Below are positions 49,201 through 60,189 of a stretch of 64,000 bases of DNA, piece by piece. This DNA comes from Phoronis australis (taxonomy: Eukaryota > Animalia > Phoronida): contig NMRA01000727.1 of NCBI GenBank assembly GCA_002633005.1, positions 36,464-100,463 on the forward strand, in the 5' to 3' direction. The stretch's first letter is position 1, and each line of letters starts with the position of its first letter. The notes below the pieces were generated by a model. It had not been told where the DNA came from. It did not search any database and saw only the letters and a list, made by a program, of their open reading frames with translations. Made by a program: the position numbers and the translations under genes.

Positions 49201-52200
49201 GCCGGAACAAGGTTGTTTCTATAGGAGTCTGAACATTTTACGGCGAAGGTGGTTCGGGGAGCGAAAAGTTGCCGGGGGTGTATAAAGAGAAGAATGAAAA
49301 GTTCGCTAACTTGAACCACAATTTCGCATCTAGTGCCAGTTTAGTTGCAATAGCTGGCTACGGGCATCGAATACAGGGTTTACAGAACATCAACCCCAGG
49401 AAACATCGGAACAGGATAACGTTAGTTCTGGGTTATATCGGTCCCGGGACATCGGGTCTTTTATAACCGCTGGGAAACTGAGTTCATTTTCAAATAAACC
49501 AGAGCCAAGCCGGTATACTCTTTCATTTAGGACTGTCGCTGTTCTTTGAAGTGGTGCGCACGCGTGAGTTCACGCACTTGAATCGTTGGAGTAGGCCTAC
49601 ACTTTACGTTGGCAACAATGTGTGAAAGACAATCATATTTCGCGCACGTAGCCCCAGAAACAAGTAAAGGGTTTGAGAATTTCTTGGCAACTGAAAGTAA
49701 AGACGTGACCGTCGTTTGGCGATTAATAAGGCTGTCATTTTCACTTTGGCTGTCTTAATACGATAAAAGGAGAAGCACGCCTAAGTTACGATTGTCTGCC
49801 GGGACCGCTTGCGCGCTAACGGTGCCGCAGTGCGATATCAGGGATATTGTCGTGGATGTTTGGTACATGTAATAAGGACATCTTATGTGAAAAATAAGCA
49901 TTTTTGTCCACCTTAAAGTTTTGTAAGTTGATCGCTTAAGAATTAATAGAAACACTGTTGTTTTGTGAAGTGTTATCACGTGTAAGCAGTGGCCCGAAAC
50001 TTTCTTCGGCGAATCCGGGAATTTACAAAAGTGGCCGAAAGTGTTAGCCAATGAAACGCGTCAAAGATCGATTCTTCATATCCCATGTTCACGCGACTTG
50101 CTTACAAGTCATCGGGAGGCCTGTTCTCGGTTAGTGTTCTTTTGAACTTGTATTTGGCAACAACCAAATAACGGTCGGATTAACAAGAGCTGCTTTGTAT
50201 TTGCCAGGTATCTGTTGAGAAGTGTAAAAACTCAGCTCGCATTCGTTGGAAATTCCAGGTCGCATTTTGCGACTTTATACGAGCTGACAAAAATCTCAGC
50301 TCGCATTTCAAAATTTCAGGTCGCAAATGCGACCTGCAGCTCGTTATGTCGAGCCCTGGTAACTATGTGTTATGAGGATAAGCTAAGCTATTACTTCATG
50401 AAGAGTCTGTATCGTGTTGATTCAGATCATTTGTAGCTTTTAGAGTACATCCTCGAAGCACTGGGACCTTTTTTGAAAACTGACTTATGGCTTAAGACAG
50501 AAATTTGGTCTTCGAATCCCACTTTGAAATTGCTGAAAAAAGGTTTAGCTAAGTAGAGAGCATCACGGTACAGAAATAATTCAAAGAAATTATGTCAGTA
50601 ACTAGCAGATATGGGTATATTCTTACGGTCTTTGGCCTTTTACACACGTGGTATTTAATTATTTTTCTGAAAAACTTGTTGACGATCTTGGTTTTGGGCC
50701 AAATAAGCAGTAGAAATCCCAGCACAATTGTTAACAAATTCCATTTGCCGATTGCTTTGCTGAAATGTTTAGATAGAAACTCAAAACGTTCAAGCGTGTA
50801 AGTTGATAAAGATGCAGCATTATCTGTTCATTCCGCATCTCCTACACCGTTGGTATACGTCGCTTGACTTGCCGGCATCTGATTAATCACCACGGTGTTG
50901 GTCATCAGAGTGGTTGAAGTTGGACACCTCTTCAATAAGTACTTATCTATCGATTTCAGGGCGCTATACAGGACATTCACGTGATATGTGGTTGTATCAA
51001 GGACTTCCTACGTAACCTGAAAGAGCCTCTGGTCACCTACGAACTTTGGGGTGACTTTGTGAAGGCGGCGGGTAAGATATGACTCATAAACGTGTATTCC
51101 ATTTTTATACAAAAACAACTTTAAGCTATGGGAAATTAATTTCCCATTTGTTACCCGATTGTGATTCACAGTGTTAGGCTTTTGCAAATTATTGGCGTGG
51201 GGTTTACTTTTCCCATTGCCTTATCGCTAGGGAATAGAACGTCGGGCTCAGTTTAGGGTGCAGTGCACCATTGAGTGTTCACGCCACAAATGTTATTTTG
51301 TAAGTGTGCAAGACACTGCGCAGTGCAACGTTTAGTGTGCACACCAGTAATGTTATTTTGTAAGTGCAAGACACTGCGCAGTGCAACGTTTAGTGTGCAC
51401 ACCAGTAATGTTACTTTGTAAGTGCAAGACACTGCGCAGTGCAACGTTTAGTGTGCACACCAGTAATGTTATTTTGTAAGTGCAAGACACTGCGCAGTGC
51501 AACGTTTAGTGTGCACACCAGTAATGTTATTTTGTAAGTGCAAGACACTGCGCAGTGCAACGTTTAGTGTGCACACCAGTAATGTTATTTTGTAAGTGCA
51601 AGACACTGCGCAGTGCAACGTTTAGTGTGCACACCAGTAATGTTATTTTGTAAGTGCAAGACACTGCGCAGTGCAACGTTTAGTGTGCACACCAGTAATG
51701 TTATTTTGTAAGTGCAAGACACTGCGCAGTGCAACGTTTAGTGTGCACACCAGTAATGTTATTTTGTAAGTGCAAGACACTGCGCAGTGCAACGTTTAGT
51801 GTGCACACCAGTAATGTTATTTTGTAAGTGCAAGACACTGCGCAGTGCAACGTTTAGTGTGCACACCAGTAATGTTATTTTGTAAGTGCAAGACACTGCG
51901 CAGTGCAACGTTTAGTGTGCACACCAGTAATGTTATTTTGTAAGTGCAAGACACTGCGCAGTGCAACGTTTAATGTGCACGCCAGAAATGTTATTTTGTA
52001 AGTGTGCAAGACACTGCGCAGTGCAACGTTTAGTGTGCACACCAGAAATGTTATTTTGTAAGTGTGCAAGACACTGCACAGTGCAACGTTTAGTGTGCAC
52101 ACCAGAAATGTTATTTTGTAATTGTGCAAGACACTGCGCAGTGCAACGTTTAGTGTGCACGCCAGAAATGTTATTTTGTAAGTGTGCAAGACACTGCACA

Positions 52201-55200
52201 GTGCAACGTTTTGTGTGCACACCAGAAATGTTATTTTGTAAGTATGGAAGACACTGCTGTGACATTTTTTTTGTGGGAAGACAGACAGGATAGCAAATAA
52301 TGTGTCAGTGTGCACTCACAAGACATATGGTGTTGGGAATGTGCTATAAAAGAAATTTGCTGTTGTTTTACGCTTTGTATCAAGGCGTGTTTGAAGCGAA
52401 GAAGAAACAATTGTAGCTCGAATTGTGTGGGACATTCGTGTTCATATCTGTTTTAGCAGTTATCACATTACCCAACAAAAATGTCATTTGCAGAAAAACA
52501 AGATCCCGAAGAGTCTATGGCATCGCTGTATGATAGTGTTGGTCAGTTGCCGTTTGCCAACAGGGATAGTCTGGCTTTTATGATCCTTCACCTGCAAAGG
52601 TAGGTGAACATTTAGTTTTAGGCTATTGTTTACTGATAATAGTCACTTAAAGGGGTCTGCGCATTGAGAACCAGTTTTATTCACAGGATAACAGGCATCA
52701 AACTGGTTCTAACACCCAGGACCCCAGTAAGTGCCTTATTGCTAACTTCACATTTGCCATTAAAACGAATTCGGTGTTGACCAGTACTTAGTGGTCAATG
52801 CAGGTCTCAGTTAACTTGTGGTTAAAAGGGAATAGTATTATTACTAAAAAATACAAGATTTAATGCAGTATTCGTTTCTGTCTCTCTGCTTGACACAATA
52901 GTGAAGCCACGGAGTCTGCAACATTTTCACGTCTTGTATATTCATTCAAGACATTTTCATTGAACAAATGCAATGACCCGTCACCATGACAATAGGAATT
53001 CAGGAAAATATTAAAACGACTGTAAATCCGTGTTCCATCAGAGAAGCGAATTTTCGATTTAGGATGCTTATCACTGTATGATTAGTCTTGACATGTTTCA
53101 TATTCAGACAGGAAGTCATTTCTGGGCTTTCAAAGAGCCGGCTTTTTGTTATTTCGTGAGACTACGTTCGACACGTAAAATTACTTGCCGTGACTATCTT
53201 ACTCTAGAGCCTGATATCAATCAAAAAACGCAAATTTACTTCCAATTCGATTAAAGAACAGTACCAGACCACCAACAGTGATTAATCTAAATCAGTAGTT
53301 GTTTTTTATGATGAGGGCTGTTCCAGCAAAATCTGTGTGGGAGGGGGGGGGGANNNNNNNNNNNNNNNNNNNNNNNNNNNNNNNNNNNNNNNNNNNNNNN
53401 NNNNNNNNNNNNNNNNNNNNNNNNNNNNNNNNNNNNNNNNNNNNNNNNNNNNNNNNNNNNNNNNNNNNNNNNNNNNNNNNNNNNNNNNNNNNNNNNNNNN
53501 NNNNNNNNNNNNNNNNNNNNNNNNNNNNNNNNNNNNNNNNNNNNNNNNNNNNNNNNNNNNNNNNNNNNNNNNNNNNNNNNNNNNNNNNNNNNNNNNNNNN
53601 NNNNNNNNNNNNNNNNNNNNNNNNNNNNNNNNNNNNNNNNNNNNNNNNNNNNNNNNNNNNNNNNNNNNNNNNNNNNNNNNNNNNNNNNNNNNNNNNNNNN
53701 NNNNNNNNNNNNNNNNNNNNNNNNNNNNNNNNNNNNNNNNNNNNNNNNNNNNNNNNNNNNNNNNNNNNNNNNNNNNNNNNNNNNNNNNNNNNNNNNNNNN
53801 NNNNNNNNNNNNNNNNNNNNNNNNNNNNNNNNNNNNNNNNNNNNNNNNNNNNNNNNNNNNNNNNNNNNNNNNNNNNNNNNNNNNNNNNNNNNNNNNNNNN
53901 NNNNNNNNNNNNNNNNNNNNNNNNNNNNNNNNNNNNNNNNNNNNNNNNNNNNNNNNNNNNNNNNNNNNNNNNNNNNNNNNNNNNNNNNNNNNNNNNNNNN
54001 NNNNNNNNNNNNNNNNNNNNNNNNNNNNNNNNNNNNNNNNNNNNNNNNNNNNNNNNNNNNNNNNNNNNNNNNNNNNNNNNNNNNNNNNNNNNNNNNNNNN
54101 NNNNNNNNNNNNNNNNNNNNNNNNNNNNNNNNNNNNNNNNNNNNNNNNNNNNNNNNNNNNNNNNNNNNNNNNNNNNNNNNNNNNNNNNNNNNNNNNNNNN
54201 NNNNNNNNNNNNNNNNNNNNNNNNNNNNNNNNNNNNNNNNNNNNNNNNNNNNNNNNNNNNNNNNNNNNNNNNNNNNNNNNNNNNNNNNNNNNNNNNNNNN
54301 NNNNNNNNNNNNNNNNNNNNNNNNNNNNNNNNNNNNNNNNNNNNNNNNAGGCACTTTTATTTCGTACCCACCGCCCATATTTTTCATTTATTTCTCCAAC
54401 CCATGACCCATAATTTTTTAATTATTTTTAATAGGTTAAAATATAAAATCCAACACTTGCAAACAAATTGTCTCCAGGAGGACCTGTTAAGAACTTAGAT
54501 GATTGACAGACAAGAACTAGTTGTCTTGCCCAATATTGTCAAAAACTAAAGTAGCCTGTGAGCAGTACTTTTGGCAGCCACCAGGTGTCTCTGTTCACCA
54601 TGTGTCTGTAATTTCAATGAGCATTTTTTCAATTATAAGGATCTATGAATCTCAAACTGTCTCCACGAACTGTTTTATACTTCTATGTCAAGTGAATAAT
54701 GGAACTTGTTTATCTTACTCCTCATACTTTTTGTTTAAAAACCATCAATTTTCTTGTATGTGTTAACACCAGTTTAGTGTTGCATAACTTTTCAATTCAA
54801 TAGGACTGCAGACAAACAGTTGGCTCAAATCAAGTTGCCCATGACTTGATTAATGGCTTAGTGAACACATTGCACTCTGTTCACTGGCAATATGGGCTCT
54901 TTTTTATTGGGATCAACATTAACAGGTCACAAAATATCACCCATTTTTAATGCATCACTTCTTACAGGAACGACCACCCATAATTTGAGTTTTTTTCTGA
55001 AGACCACCACCCATGAATTTTTATTTCTACTGCCGTTCCCCCCCTCCCACACGGATTTTACTGGAACAGCCCTGAAAGGTTCGCTTTGTATCTTATTCTA
55101 ATGCAGTGCTAGCAGTGAAAAGTATTTCAGTGCTGATAATGCATGTATATTATGTACACTGTAGGGACGATGGACCTGATACCCTGCACATTAAATAAAG

Positions 55201-57655
55201 CTTAGTACATCTTTAGTTCTAAAGCCTTCCCCTCTTTGAATAACAATACCTCCACCAGTGTGCAACTCTGGTGCTGACTCCTGCCAATTTTTTGTTTCCT
55301 GTCTCCTTTTCATTTTGTTATTGTTGTTCTAGTATTTGATCGTTCTGCAGTGTTCTCCTTTTAGGTGTGTGGTCCTCCACTGCCGATGTTCTGAGCGAAA
55401 CATCTGTAATTTGCATATAGTATGGTATATAGTGTGGTAAATATGAAACTGTTTGCACTTCTTATTTGTTTTCTTGTGTTGATTTGGCCTAAAACCGAAA
55501 TCATCAAAGTGATGACTAACAATTTGCCTCGATTCACAGGATAGCCGAGTGCCACGAGTGTAAAATGCCTGCCACAAATCTGGCCAAAGTATTTGGGCCT
55601 ACCATCGTCGGGTACTCGTCAGCCGAGCCAGAACCGATGCAGATGATCACAGAGACTAAGAAGCAGGCAATGGTAAACATGCAGTTCATGCGCTTCTCAA
55701 CATAAATGGGACAGGATTTTCAGATCTTTGTTAAACTCAGAGAATGTTCGAAGCACTTTGTCGGGTGATGCCAAGTTTCAGACCAATCCGACTACTGTTG
55801 TGCCCCCTATTGACAGTTTTGTTTTCTTACGATTTCCTGTGTATGTTCAGAGTTTATTGATGAATGTTTGGTAAATTTGGCTAATAGGTTTTTAGTAAGG
55901 ATGTAACTATGTATTTCCATTTTTGCATTGATTTGACGTATTCTGCGCCACTTGGTGGCCAGTTTTATTATTTGGAGTCTGTTTGGCATTAATAGCCACC
56001 TTATCTGCCAAATTGCTCAAAGAATAATCATGAAACTTAGGACATGTGTTCCTGATGAGAAAACATACTTGACGTTGATTTTCAAACGGATCTGACAATT
56101 GCGGTGCCCTCTAGTGGTGATTTGGCATTTTTGTGTCCACTGGTGTATCTCTTTAATCTTTTGCTACAAAGGTGTTAACAGCTGAAAGCATATCTGTATT
56201 TATGTAAAGAGAATTTTGCTTGTGAGAGTAGAAATGTGGGTATGTGGAGGGTGCTTGCTCATCTCTTTGTTCTTCTCAATATGCAAGGTGCTGGAAAAGT
56301 TAATGCAGATTCCCGGTGATTTCTGGACGGGCTTCCTCACCGTGGATGATGTGGAGAACATGGCCGACACTGGCCTGGCCACGCCAGAGCCTCTGCAAAG
56401 CATGCTGGGACCTGTTCGCACACCAGGCAAGGGTGCAGAGTCTGGGGGTTCAATCTCACAGAGGGCCAAGGCGCTGTTTGGCAAGACACCCATGACACCC
56501 AGGTAACAAGTCTCCTGTGTATGGCATGACATGACATGTTTAAGAGTACTCCACATGCGAGTGCATCTAATTGACCATTTTTATGGGTGATGGCCGTTCC
56601 AGTAAACCTGTGTGGGAGGGGTGTGGCTCGTTTTTTCCACCTTGCATATTTACTTTATCTGAAAATTGTGTTCGGTTGAAGTGCTTGAGTTTGCACAAGT
56701 TCTACTGGTCGTGCCCAGCGAAACCTGAGCTTTTGAAGCACAAAATGGGCCAACATTGTTCAATAATTGTTCAATATTTCAGTTATGCATTCCATCTTCA
56801 TGATTTAAGGGTAATGTGCACACGTGTACAGGAATTCACTTCCAGTCTAATTATACAGAAAAACCTAGCACTATCGCATACTCGGTTATGTTCGTCTTCA
56901 CAAAAATATTTTGCACTCTATTCTCCATTAGCTGCTGCACACTTCAGTGTATGAACATGTACTTTGCTGCGTGAAACAGGCGATAATACCCACTTTTCAG
57001 GAAATTGCAATGATTTTAGCATGGTTTGTATAGCAGAGCTTTGACCTGGTAAAAACTGATTAATTAAGATACCAAGCATTTGCAGCGATACAGTCAGTAA
57101 GCTTCTAAAAATTGGAAATGGCAAATCTTGGTGAGAAAAATGGAGACTATGGTACATGCTATAAACATCATGTCAAATTGGCAATTGTTGGATGTCTAGA
57201 GGATGGGTGTGGGTGACTGATGTGAGACTAGCTTCACTGGGTAACTATTTGCCCCAAGGCATACTCCAATCGTACCGCCCATTTAATGAAATATTCGTGA
57301 CTTGTAATGAAACTGAAAATTTGTATTCTCTTGTTTTCTGAGCAGACCATATAGACATGATAGTTTATATCAGACTAGTGAGATACAGCTGCATCTTTCA
57401 CAAAGTGTGCTTTCCAGTTGTAAGTCGGTAGAAGATTAGCTTGCGGGCGTATAAAACTTCACGTTTTACCTATCTAAGAAAGAAGCATGGGCAAATATTT
57501 GATGGTGAGATTTCCCATGCTCAAAAATCTGGTGAGAATAACGTTGACCATGGTATCCTATCGCTGTGTCTTAATTTTTCAGGTTTGGCAGTATCGGCAA
57601 AGGCAAGACTCCCAAACGCCCGACGCACTTCTTCTCCTCTCCAACGCTGAAGTGA
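34129..57655 (+). CDS. RACGAP1: Rac GTPase-activating protein 1 (MgcRacGAP/CYK-4, centralspindlin subunit), 14 coding exons, ~655 aa
   Basis: Exons 34129-34213, 35623-35825, 36431-36573, 37885-38062, 39749-39893, 41556-41712, 43725-43821, 46512-46649, 47935-48117, 50960-51071, 52494-52599, 55540-55672, 56288-56502, 57583-57655; phases consistent, 1968 nt. Diagnostic motifs: [12 protein letters not shown] coiled coil, [13 protein letters not shown]1 finger, GIYRLSG arginine finger, [24 protein letters not shown]-terminal FFSSPTLK*. Confidence 0.96.
35623..35825 (+). CDS. RACGAP1: RACGAP1 coding exon 2 (coiled coil)
   Basis: [16 protein letters not shown]...[31 protein letters not shown]; tgcag/gtaagt. 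Confidence 0.95.
35841..35962. repeat. ~41-bp tandem repeat x3
   Basis: caaagcctcctgattggatagttctgactc... repeated three times just after the exon 2 donor. Confidence 0.85.
36431..36573 (+). CDS. RACGAP1: RACGAP1 coding exon 3
   Basis: [14 protein letters not shown]...[10 protein letters not shown]...; tttcag/gtaagt. Confidence 0.93.
37885..38062 (+). CDS. RACGAP1: RACGAP1 coding exon 4
   Basis: [44 protein letters not shown]...; acceptor catag; donor gtgggt (3' boundary less certain). Confidence 0.88.
38162..38666. mobile_element. hAT-like MITE with 6-bp TSD
   Basis: TIR cagggcttggaat / attccaagccctg; CATATA direct repeat on both sides; internal ttccgc repeats. Confidence 0.82.
39749..39893 (+). 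CDS. RACGAP1: RACGAP1 coding exon 5
   Basis: [26 protein letters not shown]...[12 protein letters not shown]; VPxDGPIE resembles vertebrate VPNDGGPIE; ttcag/gttagt; phases fit. Confidence 0.75.
40330..41162. mobile_element. PIF/Harbinger (Tourist-like) MITE, copy 1
   Basis: TIR gggctgttccag..tgggaggggg / cccccctccca..ctggaacagccc; 3-bp TSD TTA. Confidence 0.88.
41556..41712 (+). CDS. RACGAP1: RACGAP1 coding exon 6
   Basis: [19 protein letters not shown]...[14 protein letters not shown]...; tgcag/gtgagt; phase 1 in, phase 2 out. Confidence 0.8.
43725..43821 (+). CDS. RACGAP1: RACGAP1 coding exon 7 (start of C1 domain)
   Basis: [32 protein letters not shown]; tgcag/gtaagg. Confidence 0.93.
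44545..46054 (+). mobile_element. Helentron-associated non-autonomous element (HINE / DINE-1-like) with internal satellite
   Basis: 5' subTIR atgcgcccaca (44550) with nearby inverted tgtggacgcat, (CCGT)n microsatellite, ~453-bp tandem higher-order repeat, 3' subTIR tgtgggcgcat (46018), 3' hairpin caacgc-tct-gcgttg, T-rich ends with no TSD. Confidence 0.8.
46512..46649 (+). CDS. RACGAP1: RACGAP1 coding exon 8 (C1 zinc finger)
   Basis: [35 protein letters not shown]...; tccag/gtgaga. Confidence 0.96.
46997..47250. mobile_element. hAT-like MITE related to 38162-38666
   Basis: TIR cagggcttgaaat / atttcaagccctg; shares the 3' subterminal ttttttgtcattggt; flanks gaaagt/aaaagt (6 bp, one mismatch). 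Confidence 0.75.
47935..48117 (+). CDS. RACGAP1: RACGAP1 coding exon 9 (RhoGAP, arginine finger)
   Basis: [43 protein letters not shown]; tgcag/gtgagt. Confidence 0.96.
48183..50358. mobile_element. Non-autonomous hAT-like (hAT5-type) transposon in a RACGAP1 intron
   Basis: TIR cagggctcgac / gtcgagccctg; exact 5-bp TSD GTAAC (48178-82, 50359-63); subterminal caggtcgca/tgcgacc repeats at both ends. Confidence 0.85.
50960..51071 (+). CDS. RACGAP1: RACGAP1 coding exon 10 (RhoGAP)
   Basis: [37 protein letters not shown]; tttcag/gtaaga. Confidence 0.95.
51260..52257. repeat. Minisatellite, 58/60-bp unit, ~17 copies
   Basis: Unit gcagtgcaacgtttagtgtgcacaccagtaatgttattttgtaagtgcaagacactgc; about 11 near-identical 58-bp copies followed by 5 60-bp variants. 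Confidence 0.97.
52494..52599 (+). CDS. RACGAP1: RACGAP1 coding exon 11 (RhoGAP)
   Basis: [36 protein letters not shown]; tgcag/gtaggt. Confidence 0.95.
53315..55072. mobile_element. PIF/Harbinger MITE, copy 2 (interrupted by an assembly gap)
   Basis: Same TIRs and interior as 40330-41162; TSD TGA; lacks a ~75-bp internal segment present in copy 1; N-run 53354-54348 lies inside. Confidence 0.85.
53354..54348. other. Assembly gap (N-run)
   Basis: 995 N bases. Confidence 1.
55540..55672 (+). CDS. RACGAP1: RACGAP1 coding exon 12 (RhoGAP)
   Basis: [44 protein letters not shown]; cacag/gtaaac. Confidence 0.95.
56288..56502 (+). CDS. RACGAP1: RACGAP1 coding exon 13
   Basis: [17 protein letters not shown]...SMLGPVRTP...KTPMTPR; gcaag/gtaaca. 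Confidence 0.92.
57583..57655 (+). CDS. RACGAP1: RACGAP1 terminal coding exon
   Basis: [23 protein letters not shown] (compare vertebrate FFASPMLK*); tttcag acceptor. Confidence 0.93.
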
Positions 57656-58858
57656 GGGAGCTTCTGCATAACATCACACTGAGTGATCGAGACGTGAGCC
57701 AGAGTCGCAAAGGGGATCCCAGAATTGCCGATCTCTGTTTTAGTCTTGCATAAAGCATAAATATAAGCCCCAAGAAGTATTTTGTGAAAGTACAAACACT
57801 GACGGGTAACGTGTACACTGGTTTCAGAAGTGACACTCAAGTTTTTTGTAATCACTTGTATCTCAAGAGTTAAAAATTACCAGAGTTTACTGCAGACAGT
57901 CCCAAATTTAGATGTATCCAGTGGCTGTATACAAGGATATTTTTCTACAGATAATAGCCCTGGATGTACTTTTGGGAAAAATATGCATGATTGAATCCTA
58001 AAACTTTCCATAGTTTCATACGAAATGGGCACCCAAACCGTAAATTTTCAACACCAAATTCTGTTTGTGGGACAATCGTACATCAACAATACTGCGAATA
58101 TTTGCAGGCGTCTGCTGTGTTGATACGCATGGACATACATGTATTGATCTGTCTGACTGATCCTTAAACTGGGATATGTCAAGTGAAATACGACTTCAGT
58201 CAAAAATTTGATTTTATGGTCCACACGATTATTTTTGAATCTTACTTGGCTAAACTTTTTTTCTGTAATTGTGAACTGGGAGCGTAAACCAAATTTTTGT
58301 TTTAAGTCTCTTTCTTGAAACAGTTCCACGATGTTTTTGAAACTCATGCATGGGGTTGTCTGCAGAAAACTGTTAGAATCAAAGATATACGAATCTAGTT
58401 CCCTAGTTGCTGGGGATTAAGGGTATTTTGCATTTTTTAAGATAAACTTATAATCATTTTGTTTTAATGGCATCGGAGTTTATTTTGACGTTAACTATGC
58501 AGACTCCTCATTTTATTGTAGTCTAGTTTGCATGCCTTATGTAATCCGCTTAAATGATATTTTGTTTTGGTTACGTTCATACTGATTATTCAGATTTTTG
58601 TACGAATGAGCATGAGACATTTCTTTATGAGGTCTTGGAGAAACTAGGTGATGGAAGCTTTAGTTTTCCCGCTCTGAATTTGACTATTCTAGCTTTCTCT
58701 GCTTTCAAAATAATAGCATGTTAATATTTCTATTGATGGAGGTTAAATTGTCTCTTACACTTGTACATGTGACATCATTGTAAATCCATCCAGGTGCAGA
58801 GGCCAATCAATATATGTGAGATAGCGTTTGTCAGGAATTTTTATTTTGTGCATTGTTA

Positions 58859-59166
58859 TTTATTAAACCTTGGTGATGGCAGTAGTTTGATGTTCACCAT
58901 CTCTCTAAAACACTGGTTCCTTTATTAAAACTTGGTGATGGCAGTAGTTTGATGTTCACCATCTCTCTAAAACACTGGTTCCCTTATTAAACCTTGGTGA
59001 TGGCAGTAGTTTGATGTTCACCATCTCTCTAAAACACTGGTTCCTTTATTAAACCTTGGTGATGGTAGTAGTTTGATGTTCACCACCTCTCTAAAACACT
59101 GGTTCCTTTATTAAACCTTGGTGATGGTAGTAGTTTGATGTTCACCTTTCTAAACAATGGTTCCTT
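58859..59166. repeat. 62-bp tandem repeat x5 in the putative RACGAP1 3' UTR
   Basis: Units start near 58861, 58923, 58985, 59047, 59109: tattaaaccttggtgatggcagtagtttgatgttcaccatctctctaaaacactggttcctt. Confidence 0.95.
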
Positions 59167-59765
59167 TGTCGATTCCCAGAACTGAGATTTTGTTGTTACA
59201 ACATTATAAGTATATATGATAGACAAGACTGCCGAATGCTTCAAGACCTGGAACTCATTGACAGTGTAGAGGCATTCGGTCAGTTACACTTGCATGTACT
59301 TGTGTATTTTTTGTAGATACAACTGTATAAGTAGATGTTGAATGAATGTCAAGTGAATGTGAATTGAATGGAGTGTGAGTGGAATGATATTCTGTCTTCA
59401 TCTGGAGTCATGGAGTTAAGTTTCTTTGTGATGGATTGTTACTAGTAGTTCTTAGCTGTTTGGGTCCTTCAGACTTTCTTCTGAAACTTTATTGCTGTCA
59501 CATCTTGTATGCCTTATAAAACGCCTGAAGCCAGTCCATCGTATTTTTCACTGCAGGGCAATTGGGTTTTCCATTTGTTTTATGTAAACTTGCACTCGTT
59601 TTTGGAACAGTATAACATATTGATTGACAACTGTTGGTAGTCTTTCAATTTAATGGAAAAATCATGAAAATTTACTTTTGTTTCGTTGAAAAAAGTAGTC
59701 ACATTCCCTTTAGTCAAAATGTACTTCCAGTGACGTGTTCTTTAAAAATTGTTTCCACAAGTATC

Positions 59766-59771
59766 AATAAA
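59766..59771 (+). terminator. Candidate polyadenylation signal for RACGAP1
   Basis: AATAAA about 2.1 kb after the stop, followed by GT-rich sequence. Confidence 0.4.
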
Positions 59772-60189
59772 ACCCATTGTAGCTGTCACATATGGAATGT
59801 GTAAAATGTGTTGAAATAAGACGTGTAATATGTAGTTTGTTCTGCCTACTGTTGTATCCATTCTAGCAGTACTTTAGCCATCCAGACTTTGATCACACGT
59901 ACACGGTAGCCAAATTTTCTCTTCAGGCCAAAACAGCTGCTTTGAGTTGGGGAAATCTTATCTAGATCATGATGTTGTGCCTAAATTCAATTTCATAAAG
60001 AAAACATTTCTGGTGCCGAGTTTCTGCAGAAAGCGCAGAACACATTGTGCCGATTCCGCGACTTACATTCCTCACTTTAATGTAGAATATATATATATAT
60101 AGGTAAATAAAACAACAAGAATGGATCAACTGAAATTTTCGGATATATAACATCCTTCGTCAAACAGAAACAGACAAAGTAAAATCATA

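Noticed and set aside
51260-52257. Regular repeat array as a possible CRISPR, and ORFs 51875-52315, 51933-52265, 51961-52293
   Set aside because: Units are head-to-tail with no unique spacers, there are no cas genes, and it lies in a eukaryotic intron; the ORFs are by-products of the 60-bp period.
53287-54498. Long ORFs of 358-399 aa
   Set aside because: They consist of translated Ns.
58859-59166. 62-bp period repeat as CRISPR or SECIS
   Set aside because: The entire unit is repeated with no spacers; I see no SECIS quartet/AAR geometry, and RACGAP1 ends at its conserved C-terminus.
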